A stretch of 61,405 nt of DNA, the filler included, from Callorhinchus milii (taxonomy: Eukaryota): the NCBI RefSeq assembly GCF_018977255.1. It is 2 parts of 2 records of this genome, joined end to end, with 100 filler letters (N's around TTAATTAATTAA, not from the genome) between each part and the next. Parts side by side here need not be neighbours in the genome. Positions count along the whole stretch, not along the records: positions 1 to 30,657 come from NW_024705629.1; positions 30,758 to 61,405 come from NW_024705630.1. The stretch is one strand, 5' to 3'. Positions 21,661 through 32,633 of this stretch are shown piece by piece (the stretch's first letter is position 1; every line of letters begins with the position of its first letter). The notes beneath the pieces were generated by a model. It was not told where the DNA came from, did not search any database, and saw nothing but the letters and a program-made list of their open reading frames with translations. The position numbers and the translations under genes were made by a program.

Positions 21661-23969
21661 TCTATATATATAAAATCGTGCATGTCTGTCTGTCTGTCTG
21701 TGTATGTGTGTGTGGATTTCGGACCATACGCACTTTCATTGGACGGCGGTTGCCCCTGGCAACGAGTAGCAACTTTTCGCCGCGGGGTGGACGCCATTTT
21801 TAATAGCGCGGGGGGGGGGGGGGGACCGGCACCCGTACCCAGCGTTCGCCGGGTGGGAAAATCAGGCAAGGCGGGAGGCTCTGCACGGTGCTAGGCCTCG
21901 ACACCCAACACGCCACTCTGAGGTAAATTCATACAAATTTCACGTCCTCTACAGAGTGGCGAGGGAGGCAGAGTGGCGAGGGAGGGACTCAGCCTCAAAA
22001 CGAGTAACTGGTGTGGCGTATTAACATCGCCACTGGGGAGACAAAGGCGGCCGGGCGTGGTGGATACAAGTCCCGGGCAAAGCCAGGTCATGACTATGTG
22101 TGTATGTGTTTATGTGTATGTCTGTGTGTCTGTATGTATGTGTGTATGTATGTGTCTGTATGTGTTTGTGTGTATGTATGTGTGTGTCTGTATGTATGTG
22201 TGTGTGTATTGTGTATGTGTTTGTGTGTATGTATGTGTGTGTTTGTATGTATGTGTATGTCTGTGTGTATGTGTGTGTATTGTGTGTGTGTCTGTGTGTG
22301 TGCGCGTGTGTTGTGTAGGGGGAACGGTAGTGTAGTGCTTAGCGTGCTGCCTGTGTGTGTGTCTGTGTGTGTGTGTCTGTGTGTGTGGTGTGTGGGGAGC
22401 GGTAGTGTAGTGGTTAGCGTGCTGTCTGTGTCTGTGTGTGTGTGTCTGTGTGTGTGTCTGTGTGTATGCGTGTGTGGTGTGTGGGGAGCGGTAGTGTAGT
22501 GGTTAGCGTGCTGTCTGTGTCTGTGTGTGTGTGTCTGTGTGTGTGTCTGTGTGTATGCGTGTGTGGTGTGTGGGGAGCGGTAGTGTAGTGGTTAGCGTGC
22601 TGTCTGTGTGTCTGTGTGTGTGTGTCTGTCTGTGTGTCTGTGTGTGTGTGTCTGTGTGTGTGTATTGTGTGTGTGTCTGTGTGTGTGCGCGTGTGTTGTG
22701 TAGGGGAACGGTAGTGTAGTGCTTAGCGTGCTGCCTGTGTGTGTGTCTGTGTGTGTCTGTGTGTGTGCGTGTGTGGTGTGTGGGGAGCGGTAGTGTAGTG
22801 GTTAGCGTGCTGTCTGTGTGTCTGTGTGTGTGTCTGTCTGTGTGTCTGTGTGTGTGTGTCTGTGTGTGTGCGCGTGTGTTGTGTAGGGGGAACGGTAGTG
22901 TAGTGCTTAGCGTGCTGCCTGTGTGTGTGTCTGTGTGTGTGTCTGTGTGTGTGTGTCTGTGTGTGTGTCTGTGGTGTGTGGGGAGCGGTAGTGTAGTGGT
23001 TAGCGTGCTGTCTGTGTCTGTGTGTGTGTGTCTGTGTGTGTGTCTGTGTGTGTGCGTGTGTGTTGTGTAGGGGGAACGGTAGTGTAGTGCTTAGCGTGCT
23101 GCCTGTGTGTGTGTGTGTGTCTGTGTGTGTGCGTGTGTGGTGTGTGGGGAGCGGTAGTGTAGTGGTTAGCGTGCTGTCTGTGTGTCTGTGTGTGTGTCTG
23201 TCTGTGTGTCTGTGTGTGTGTGTCTGTGTGTGTGTCTGTGTGTGTGCGCGTGTGTTGTGTAGGGGGAACGGTAGTGTAGTGCTTAGCGTGCTGCCTGTGT
23301 GTGTGTCTGTGTGTGTGTGTGTCTGTGTGTGTGTGTCTCTGTGTGTGTGTGTGTGGTGTGTGGGGAGCGGTAGTGTAGTGGTTAGCGTGCTGTCTGTGTC
23401 TGTGTGTGTGTCTGTGTGTGTGTCTGTGTGTGTGCGTGTGTGGTGTGTGGGGAGCGGTAGTGTAGTGGTTAGCGTGCTGTCTGTGTGTCTGTGTGTGTGT
23501 GTCTGTGTGTGTGTCTGTGTGTGTGCGTGTGTGGTGTGTAGGGGGAACGGTAGTGTAGTGCTTAGCGTGCTGCCTGTGTGTGTGTCTGTGTGTGTGTGTC
23601 TGTGTGTGTGTGTCTGTGTGTGTGTCTGTGTGTGTGCGTGTGTGGTGTGTGGGGAGCGGTAGTGTAGTGGTTAGCGTGCTGTCTGTGTGTCTGTGTGTCT
23701 GTCTGTGTCTGTCTGTGTGTGTGTCTGTGCGTCTGTGTGTGTGAGGAGCGGTGGGTGTAGTGGTTAACGCTACGCTGCGCTACCAACCCGGCGAACCCAG
23801 TTCGATTCCCGCTCATGGCCACCACCGGTCAAGATTATTTGAACCTCCCCTAGGTCGACTCAGCCTCAAACGAGTAACTGGTGTGGCGTATTAACATCGC
23901 CAATGGGGAGACAAAGGCGGCCGGCCGTGGTGGATACAAGTCCCGGGCGAAGCCGGGTAGTACAGCTAG
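21661..23969 (+). mobile_element. Non-autonomous Helitron copy B (2309 bp)
   Basis: Same termini and insertion site as copy A; differs mainly in the internal GT-rich array. Confidence 0.9.
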
Positions 23970-24071
23970 TGTTTACTATACAATTACGACACCATACATT
24001 ACTCTGCACACTGCACCATGCCAGTGAGTGGAACGCGGTCTGAAAGTCACCGTAAACGTGAACACAATCAG

Positions 24072-26438
24072 TTAAGATCCGAAATGGTTTATTACGTCCT
24101 TCCAATGATTGCTAAGCCAGAATCCATCTTCTCGGTTGAAATTGTCTCTGTGTTTGTATATGTGGATCGCCTCATGAACGAATCTCTCATGATAGCCAGA
24201 TGGCTTGCAGAGAACCTCTGTCTTGGAGAAGTCAATATCATGTGAGCCCACTGAGTTGTAACAGTGATCTGCCACGGCTGAGGTGTTTGTCCTACCGTGT
24301 TTCAGGTCTGCCTTATGTTCACGGATGCGGTCCGAGACATGTCGTTTGGTTTCTCCAATGTAACTGCTACCACAGAGGCAACTTAGTTTGTAGACGCCAG
24401 GGTACTGTATGTCTGGAACCACATCTTTTACAGACGGGACCAGATCACGGATTTTATGTACTGTGTTGAATCGGACCTGGATCTTGTGTTTAATCAGGAT
24501 TTTGGAGATCTTTTTTGTGACCCCAGCAATGTAGGGTAAGGTGATGGTCTTGAAAGGCTCCTCAACAGGATCCTTCTTGATGGTTGGAGTGATGGCTTTG
24601 CGGATTGTGTAGTCGGAGTAACCATTAGCCTTAAGAGCTTGGCGTACGTGTTTGAGTTCACTGGAAATGTGTTCATGGTCGGAGATGCATTGGGCTCTAT
24701 GATATAGAGTCTTGATGAGGGAATTCTTCTGGGATGGATGGTGGTGGGAATCCGGTTTTAGATAAGCATCCGTGTGGGTGGCTTTCCTGTAGACAGAGTG
24801 GCTCATTGAACCATCAGGTCTCCTTTTGATTAGGACATCCAAAAAGGGTAGCTTGCCATCATTTTCGACTTCCATGGTGAATCTGATGGCTGGGTGTATG
24901 GAATTGATGTGGTCGAGAAATTGGTCTAGAGCAGGCCGGCCATGTGGCCAGATGACAAAAGTGTCGTCTACGTACCTCTTCCATAAGGTCGGGCGTAGAG
25001 TGGCAGTCTGGATGGCGTCCGTCTCAAATTTCTCCATGAAGATGTTGGCTACAACCGGAGATAGGGGGGAGCCCATTGGGGTGCCCTCAATTTGCTTGTA
25101 GAAGGTTCCATTCCAGGTGAAGTATGTATTGGTTAAGCAGTGTCTCACCAGGGGGGGTACCCCAGCATTCAGTCCTTGATGAACCAAGTCTTCAATGATT
25201 GCGATGGTGTCAGGCACAGGCACCTTGGTGAACAAGGAAACCACATCAAAACTGACAAGCAGGTCGTCTGGGGACAGGGCAATCCCCTTGATTGTCGATA
25301 CCAGGTCAGTAGAGTTTAGTACTGCAGAGGTGGTTTTTCCAGTGAAAGGCCGTAGGATTTCGGACAAAAAACGAGCCAGTTTGTAAGTGGGGGAGTTGAT
25401 AGTAGAAACAATGGGACGAAGAGGTGTATCTTCTTTATGTATCTTTGGCAAGCCGTACAATCTTGGTGGCCTGGCTGCAGAAGGTTTCAACGAGAACTGT
25501 TTGGTCTGATCAATTAATGCGGTTGAAGCAGAAATGATGTTGTTGGTTTTGGAGACGAGGCTGTTGGTGGGGTCTCTTTTTATTTTTGTATAGCTGCCAT
25601 CGTTGAGTAGTTCTTGAATTTTGTTGTTGTATTCTATTTTGTCCATGATGACAGTGGCATTGCCTTTGTCGGCTGAGAGGATGACAATGTCATCCCTCTT
25701 TTTTAATTGAGCTAATTCAAAACGCTCATCTTTGCTGATGTTGCTAGCTGGCATCTTAGCGTTTTTGAGGGTTACAGAGATTTCAGATCTTGCTACGTCT
25801 GCAGCGATGTGACTCAAGCCCTTGAGAGCTACATCTACTCGAGCAATTATATCATTAACTGGTATGTGTCTAGGTGTGACTGCAAAGTTTAGTCCTTTAG
25901 CTAAAACGGATTTCAAACCTTCAGAAATAGGACTGTTACTGCGATTAATTACGACTTTGTTAACATCTAGCTTTTCAATGTGTGGGTCCGGTTTCTTGTT
26001 TGAGAGGCGGTTGAATTTGGAAATCAAGTTGTCCTTACATTTAGTCGACATAGCGGCAGCTGAAGAGGCAGTCATTTTTTCCACATGTTCCCAATCCGAT
26101 GTGGACATTGTTACACTCAAAGATAAGTGTGATTTGTAGAGTGTCTTGTCTAACTGATCTAGTTCGGTGCGCGTAAGTCTGATTTTCTCTGAGATAAGAG
26201 CTAAGCTGGTTCTAGACAGAATTCGTTTCGCATTAGAAGAAGTTACAGCAGCAGATGTTAGTGTAAATGCGTTTGGTATTACCTTAGAGTCGCGGCATCT
26301 CTTCAGAAAGGTGAGAGACTCGATTAGCTGAGCCTTCTTATCCCGGAGCTTGTTGAAGGATCTCAAAGTTATGTGGAAACCCTCCCCGTAGAGGCGGTTA
26401 AATTTCGATTTAAAGCTTTCGTGACTGCAGGGATTCAT
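24072..26438 (-). CDS. Penelope-like RT + GIY-YIG ORF, copy 3
   Basis: Same protein from MNPCS onward; the upstream pLTR is cut inside the hammerhead at ~26526. Confidence 0.95.
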   Translation of the reverse strand: MNPCSHESFKSKFNRLYGEGFHITLRSFNKLRDKKAQLIESLTFLKRCRDSKVIPNAFTLTSAAVTSSNAKRILSRTSLALISEKIRLTRTELDQLDKTLYKSHLSLSVTMSTSDWEHVEKMTASSAAAMSTKCKDNLISKFNRLSNKKPDPHIEKLDVNKVVINRSNSPISEGLKSVLAKGLNFAVTPRHIPVNDIIARVDVALKGLSHIAADVARSEISVTLKNAKMPASNISKDERFELAQLKKRDDIVILSADKGNATVIMDKIEYNNKIQELLNDGSYTKIKRDPTNSLVSKTNNIISASTALIDQTKQFSLKPSAARPPRLYGLPKIHKEDTPLRPIVSTINSPTYKLARFLSEILRPFTGKTTSAVLNSTDLVSTIKGIALSPDDLLVSFDVVSLFTKVPVPDTIAIIEDLVHQGLNAGVPPLVRHCLTNTYFTWNGTFYKQIEGTPMGSPLSPVVANIFMEKFETDAIQTATLRPTLWKRYVDDTFVIWPHGRPALDQFLDHINSIHPAIRFTMEVENDGKLPFLDVLIKRRPDGSMSHSVYRKATHTDAYLKPDSHHHPSQKNSLIKTLYHRAQCISDHEHISSELKHVRQALKANGYSDYTIRKAITPTIKKDPVEEPFKTITLPYIAGVTKKISKILIKHKIQVRFNTVHKIRDLVPSVKDVVPDIQYPGVYKLSCLCGSSYIGETKRHVSDRIREHKADLKHGRTNTSAVADHCYNSVGSHDIDFSKTEVLCKPSGYHERFVHEAIHIYKHRDNFNREDGFWLSNHWKDVINHFGS

Positions 26439-26676
26439 CTTCTTGGTTCTTTCGGTAAAGTCACGTAGAAGGGAAGTAATAAAATAATAAAAATAAAACA
26501 TAATAAAACAATTCTCACGACGTTTCTGGCTTAGCAATCATTGGAAGGACGTAATAAACCATTTCGGATCTTAACTGATTGTGTTCACGTTTACGGTGAC
26601 TTTCAGACCGCGTTCCACTCACTGGCATGGTGCAGTGTGCAGAGTAATGTATGGTGTCGTAATTGTATAGTAAACA

Positions 26677-29565
26677 CTAGCTGTACTACCCGGCTTCGCC
26701 CGGGACTTGTATCTACCACGGCCGGCCGCCTTTGTCTCCCCAGTGGCGATGTTAATACGCTACAGCAGTTACTCGTTTGAGGCAGAGTCGACCTAGGGGA
26801 GGTTCAAATAATCGTCACCGGTGGTGGCCGTGAGCGGGAATCGAACTGGGTTCGCCGGGTTGGTAGCGCAGCGTAGCGTTAAGCACTACACCCACCGCTC
26901 CTCACACAGCACACACGCACAGACACACACACAGACACACACACAGACACACGCAGACACACACAGACAGAGACACACACACACACAGACAGCACGCTAA
27001 CCACTACACTACCGCTCCCCACACACCACACACGCACACACACAGACACACACACAGACACACACACAGACACACACACACAGACACACACACACAGACA
27101 CAGGCAGCACGCTAAGCACTACACTACCGTTCCCCCTACACAACACACGCGCGCGCGTCCATAGGTACACATACACGCGCTTGCTGCAGACACACACGAC
27201 TTTCAGGGTGCGTACGGCAGTAAACGACTGAAATAATAAAGCGGCAATGCTGTGTAAGGAACGCCTTAGACCCGCATTACACATTTGTGTAATGCGAGCG
27301 TAAACACACAAACACACACAAACACATACACAATACACACACACATACATGCAGACACACAGACAGACACATAACACACATACATACACACACATACAAA
27401 CACAGAAACACATACACACACATACATAGACACACACATACATACACACAAACACATCCACAGACGTACATACACACATACATACAGGCACGCAGACATA
27501 CACATAAACACATACAAAAAAACCCACATACATACACACACACATACATACACACAAACACATGCACACACATACATACACACATGCATACAGACACACA
27601 GACATACACATAAACACATACACACATACACATGACCCGGCTTCGCCCGGGACTTGGATCCACCACGCCCGGCCGCCTTTGTCTCCCCAGTGCCGATGTT
27701 AATACGCCACACCAGTTACTCGTTTGAGGCTGAGTCGACCTAGGGGAGGTTCAAATAATCGTCACCGGTGGTGGCCGTGAGCGGGAATCGAACTCGGTTC
27801 GCCGGGTTGGTAGCGCAGCGTAGCGTTAAGCACTACACCCACCGCTCCTCACACACCACACACGCACAGACACACACACAGACACACGCAGACACACACA
27901 GACAGACACAGACAGACACACACACACACAGACACACAGACAGCACGCTAAGCACTACACTACCGCTCCCCACACACCACACACGCACACACACAGACAC
28001 ACACACAGACACACACACAGACACAGCCAGCACGCTAAGCACTACACTACCGTTCCCCCTACACAACACACGCGCGCGCGTCCATAGGTACACATACACG
28101 CGCTTGCTGCAAACACACACGACGTTCAGGGTGCGTAAGGCAGTAAACGACTGAAATAATAAAGCGGCAATGCTGTGCGAGGAACGCCTTAGGCCAGCAA
28201 CACATTTGTGTAATGCGAGCGTAAACACACAAACACATACAAACACATACACACACATACATACCACACATACACACAAACACATACACACACATACACA
28301 CACATACATACACACAGACATACACATACACACAAACACACACATACATGCACACAAACACATACACAATACACACACACATACATGCAGACACACAGAC
28401 ACATAACACACATACATACACACACATACATACACAGAAACACATACACACACATACATAGACACACACATACATACACACAAACACATGCACACACGTA
28501 CATACACACATACATAGAGACACGCAGACATACACATAAAGACATACAAAAAAACCCACATACATACACACACACATACACACAAACACATACATACACA
28601 TACATACACACATACATAGAGACACACAGACATACACATAAACACAAACACACATACACATGACCCGGCTTCGCCCGGGACTTGGATCCACGATGCCCCG
28701 CCGCCTTTGTCTCCCCAGTGACGATGTTCACACACGACAGCAGTTACGCTTTTGAGGCTGAGTGGACCTAGGGGAGGGCCAGGTCCGTTTCAAATAATCG
28801 TCAGCGGTGGTGGGCGTGAGTTGGAATCGAACTGGGGTCGCTCAAGCAGCTTAATGACTGTTTGTACAAAGAACATATAAAGAATCGATTATAATAACCA
28901 GGCAAGAGTCCACATTATAGACTGCCAGTACACGCACTCAGCTTCATAAGCAGGCTAGAGTGTACATGATAGAGTGGCAGTACGCTCACCGAGCTTAATA
29001 AGCAGGCTACAGTGTACATGATAGACTGGCAGTACGCTCACCCAGCTTAATGAGTATTTGTACAGTGAACATTAAAGTAATCGATTGTTGGCGCGTTGGG
29101 TTTAAAAGTAATATTAATAGCACACATTGTGGTGGGGGTGTAGTGAAGAGTAGGAAAAACTTTGATGAATTTACCTCAGAGTGGCGTGGTGGGTGTCGAG
29201 GCCTAGTAGCGTGCAAAGCCTGCGGCCTCGCCTAAAATTGTCGGCTTGGAAGAGGCAGGGTACGGGTGGCGTTCCTTCCCCCCCCCTAGCGCTCCAACAA
29301 TACTGTGTAATGGCTATTATTTAATTAAATACGGAGCTTATGAAAGTGGCGAAGGCGTGGCTAGCCGTTGGCAGGGGCAACCGCCGTCCAATGAAACTGC
29401 AGCCCTTGGCGAAGGCGTGGCTAGCCGTTGCCAGGTCCAATGAAAGCGGCGAAGGCGTGGCTAGCCGTTGCCAGGGGCAACCGCCGTCCAATGAAAGTGC
29501 GTATGGGCCAAAGTCCACACACACACACACAGACAGACAGACATGAACGATTTTATATATATAGA
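26677..29565 (-). mobile_element. Non-autonomous Helitron copy C (2889 bp), a diverged variant at the same pLTR site
   Basis: CTAG at 26677-26680 with the adjacent hairpin; 5' TC at 29565-29564; three copies of the 3' module; extra sequence at ~28840-29150. Confidence 0.88.
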
Positions 29566-29947
29566 TATAGCAGTGTGATACACATTAGGGTGGGTAGAAT
29601 AATACATAGTGTTATATTAAAATGGATAAGGCAGCAACTGCAGCAGCAGCAGCAAGTGCAGCAGCAGCAGTAACAGCAGCAGCAGCAACTGCAGCAGCAG
29701 CAACTGCAGCAGCAGAAACTGCAGCAGCAGCAACTGCAGCAGCAGCAGTAACTGCAGCTCCCTTTGATGCTGTTAATCCTGCATAATGCACATGCATATG
29801 CAGTACTAATCACATTCCTGCATTTCCCATAAATATGCTAAATTCCTTTTGATATGCAAATTCCTTTGTCAATGCGCCCAGCTTATATATATGCTCCAAG
29901 CTCGTGTGCTGTTTCATTCAGACTCTGTCGCCTCGACGGACCTGGTT

Positions 29948-29992
29948 TTCACCTGAGGACGGCTGCTTGCGTTGTGGCCGAAACGTCGTGAG
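29948..29992 (+). ncRNA. Type I hammerhead ribozyme in the inverted pLTR
   Basis: TTCAC CTGAGGA CGGCTGCTTGCGTTGTGGCC GAAAC GTC GTGAG; predicted cut between 29987 and 29988. Confidence 0.88.
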
Positions 29993-30368
29993 AATTGTTT
30001 TATTATGTTTTATTTTTATTATTTTATTACTTCCCTTCTACGTGACTTTACCGAAAGAACCAAGAAGATGAATCCCTGCAGTCACGAAAGCTTTAAATCG
30101 AAATTTATTTTATTATGTTTTATTTTTATTATTTTATTACTTCCCTTCTACGTGACTTTACCGGAAGAACCAAGAAGATGAATCCCTGCAGTCACGAAAG
30201 CTTTAAATCGAAAAATTGTTCTAGGTTGCTCACTATGTTGCGTGTCTGTTCCCTCTCTTGATCCCCGAACGAGCCCCGAATCCCCCTCGCGCTCCCCCTT
30301 CATCCCTTTGCCCCGGCCCCGCCCCTTGCTGTATCAAGGACGGCACCTCCGCTTCAGGTCACGTGCCC

Positions 30369-30657
30369 TCGACCATGTGGATTACCAGCTCGTTCATGTG
30401 GATTACCAGCTCGTTCATGTGAATTACCAGCTCGTGTTGTGGATTACCAGCTCGTTCATGTGTTTTACCAGCTCATTCATGTGGATTACCAGCTCGTTCA
30501 TATGGATTACCAGCTCGACCATGTGGATTAGCAGCTCGTTCATGTGCATTACCAGCTCGTTCATGTGCATTACCAGCTCGACCATGTGGATTACCAGCTC
30601 GTTCATGTGCATTACCAGCTCGTTCATGTGGATTACCAGCTCGACCATGTGGATTAC
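30369..30657. repeat. 21-bp minisatellite (GTGGATTACCAGCTCGTTCAT) running into the gap; related units at ~9000-9110
   Basis: Tandem copies seen directly. Confidence 0.9.
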
Positions 30658-30757
30658 NNNNNNNNNNNNNNNNNNNNNNNNNNNNNNNNNNNNNNNNNNN
30701 NTTAATTAATTAANNNNNNNNNNNNNNNNNNNNNNNNNNNNNNNNNNNNNNNNNNNN
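30658..30757. other. Artificial 100-bp spacer: 44 N + TTAATTAATTAA + 44 N
   Basis: Symmetric N padding around a palindrome with stop codons in all six frames, placed at the window midpoint. Confidence 0.92.
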
Positions 30758-30764
30758 CCTCGGG

Positions 30765-30840
30765 TGCTTTTCTGCGTGGAGTTTGTATGTTCTCCCTCTG
30801 TTCTGCATGGGCTTCCTCAGGGTTCTGCAGTTGTCTCCGA
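30765..30840 (+). mobile_element. V-domain SINE fragment
   Basis: GTGGAGTTTGTATGTTCTCCCTCTG...CATGGGCTTCCTCAGGG. Confidence 0.65.
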
Positions 30841-30933
30841 TAGCATTTAGCCAATACCAGTTATGTTATGTGTTTTTTTACGTCCTCCACATGCTCAAAG
30901 AAATTTCCTACAAATTACTCAATGAGAGTACAC

Positions 30934-31015
30934 AGCAACATCGCCCCCATACTGCGAAAACTTGGCAGGACCCTCCTGCTCAAGTGAGGCTTTTCGAGGT
31001 AAATAATCCTTAACG
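30934..31015 (+). repeat. Unclassified dispersed repeat (also 33291-33381, 33749-33838, ~57800-57850, inverted ~58600-58690)
   Basis: Shared GCAACATCGCCCCC(A)TACTG...ACTTGGCAGGACCCT...GTGAGGCTTT motif. Confidence 0.7.
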
Positions 31016-31694
31016 TTAAATGGGCCTAACTGCCCTAACATGACAGAATGGGACGACTAAAGCTCTCCTGGATAAATGCCATTGCCACAATGTGTTCTTG
31101 CAAGAGCACGAATGCATGTGAATGGACCACCGTGTTGACTGCCATTTTCATAATGCGTTAACTGTCTTGGCATGTCCCTGAAGTCGGCGGGGCACCCCAA
31201 ACCTGCAAAAAAAACAGCCCCCCCCCACCCCCTTGTTAAATATCCAAATGGTGACAAGAGTCGGAGTGTCCTCTCTGCTCAAGTGGAGCGATTATAATCT
31301 CTGTCGATAAATCCCATCGGAGCAGAAGAGCGAGTGCAAGGCTGTGAAAGAGAGTTTTATTAACACAGCCAGATGTGCCGTTTTCCTTATCCAAACCACC
31401 GTTTCTGAATAACTGGTGGGCCATGTTTGCTAAACTTTCTGAGCGAGTGGTCTGGATTCTGCTGCTCGGGGTTGTTGTGCGTGCTACGCTGTACACCTCC
31501 ACGTGTTGCTCATTCCAAGTGGAGCCCGCGCCGCTCCACGCACGGAGCCGCTCTGCATCGGAAGTGGAACGAAGTGCAGGAGACCGAAGCCAGTTCATGA
31601 GTTTAGGCGATGAACTTCTGCAATAAGAACACAGTTTAACACGTAGGCTTTCACGACCAATATCCATAATAGAGGTTTTTGGGGGAGACCACAC

Positions 31695-32330
31695 AGAGAT
31701 CTGCTCTTATCAAGACGCTCATTCATCGAGCTAAGAAAGTGTCAGATGGTGACAGTCTGAGAAGTGAAATTCAACATGTTAAAGAAGCGCTGCAAATGAA
31801 CGGTTACAATGATGCACAAATCAACAGGGCATTGAATGCCAAAACCAAATAAAATTACACGAGCATTGAAACTGCCCAAGTATTTAAAAAGATCAAAATA
31901 CCTTACATTACGGAAGTAACTGATAAACTAGTCAGATGTTTGGAAAAACAAAATATCAGTCAGTTTTGTCACGGTACATAAAATACAGAAATTAATATCT
32001 GGTACAAAAGATGTATTACCGAAGCTATCAAGAGAAGGTGTGTACAGGATTAACTGTACGTGTGGCAAATGTTATGTTGGGCAAACAGGACGAATTATAA
32101 GTTTTTAAAAACCTATTAAGGACGAAATAATCAGCACGAGACTAAAATAACATCAGAGAAATATCAAATACTCCAAAATACAACTGTCAGCAGTAGCAGA
32201 ACACGCGTGCCAACAAGGACACTCAATTGGTTTTGATGTTGAAGTTCTGTGCAAAACTAGCTACTACTGGCCAAGACTAATTCGAGAATCTATCTAAATT
32301 TAAAGAAATATAAATAATTTTTACCGTGCT
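31695..32330 (+). pseudogene. Degenerate Penelope-like ORF 3' part (thumb + GIY-YIG) from a different family
   Basis: Hand translation: SALIKTLIHRAKKVSD...ALQMNGY, IPYITEVTDKL, EGVYRINCTCGKCYVGQTGR, SAVAEH, broken by stops and frameshifts. Confidence 0.85.
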
Positions 32331-32364
32331 GCGTGGATGCGAATAATCAAATAATACATTTGTA

Positions 32365-32625
32365 TTTTTTTCGATTTAAAGCTTTCGTGACTGCAGGGAT
32401 TCATCTTCTTGGTTCTTTCGGTAAAGTCACGTAGAAGGGAAATAATAAAAGAATAAAAATAAAACATAATAAAATAATTCTCACGACGTTTCGGACGTTG
32501 TCTTTCCGACAGCCCTGTTCTTCACCTGAGGACGGCTGCTTGCGTTGTGGCCGAAACGTCGTATTTTGTTTTATTTGTATTTTATTATTTCCCTTCTACG
32601 TGACTTTACCGAAAGAACCAAGAAG
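32365..32625. mobile_element. ORF-less mini-Penelope: two inverted pLTR ends, hammerhead core at 32521-32562, 12-bp TSD
   Basis: Matches the pLTR of the left-half array; AATACATTTGTA at 32353-32364 and 32626-32637. Confidence 0.82.
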
Positions 32626-32633
32626 AATACATT

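Larger units (their letters stand above)
12791..30213 (-). mobile_element. Tandem array of a Penelope/Poseidon-type retroelement: three ORFs, direct pLTRs and an inverted upstream pLTR
   Basis: Direct repeat periods of 5217 and 5280 bp; 2971-bp basic unit; inversion junction at ~26524-26526; hammerheads in the pLTRs. Confidence 0.95.
26524..30213 (+). mobile_element. Inverted upstream pLTR (ORF 3' end, 3' UTR, Helitron C, CAG tract, TATA, hammerhead, tail, short duplicated end)
   Basis: Begins with the codons for FWLSNHWKDVINHFGS-stop on the + strand; ends twice with ATGAATCCC...TTTAAATCGAAA (~30103 and 30213). Confidence 0.92.

Noticed and set aside
12780..30230. Target-site duplication or resumption of the Tigger element around the whole Penelope array
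   Set aside because: No matching direct repeat at the two ends, and the sequence after 30213 is not recognisably Tigger.
30702..30713. TTAATTAATTAA as a biological motif (piggyBac site or homeodomain sites)
   Set aside because: It is isolated between symmetric N runs and is best explained as an artificial linker.
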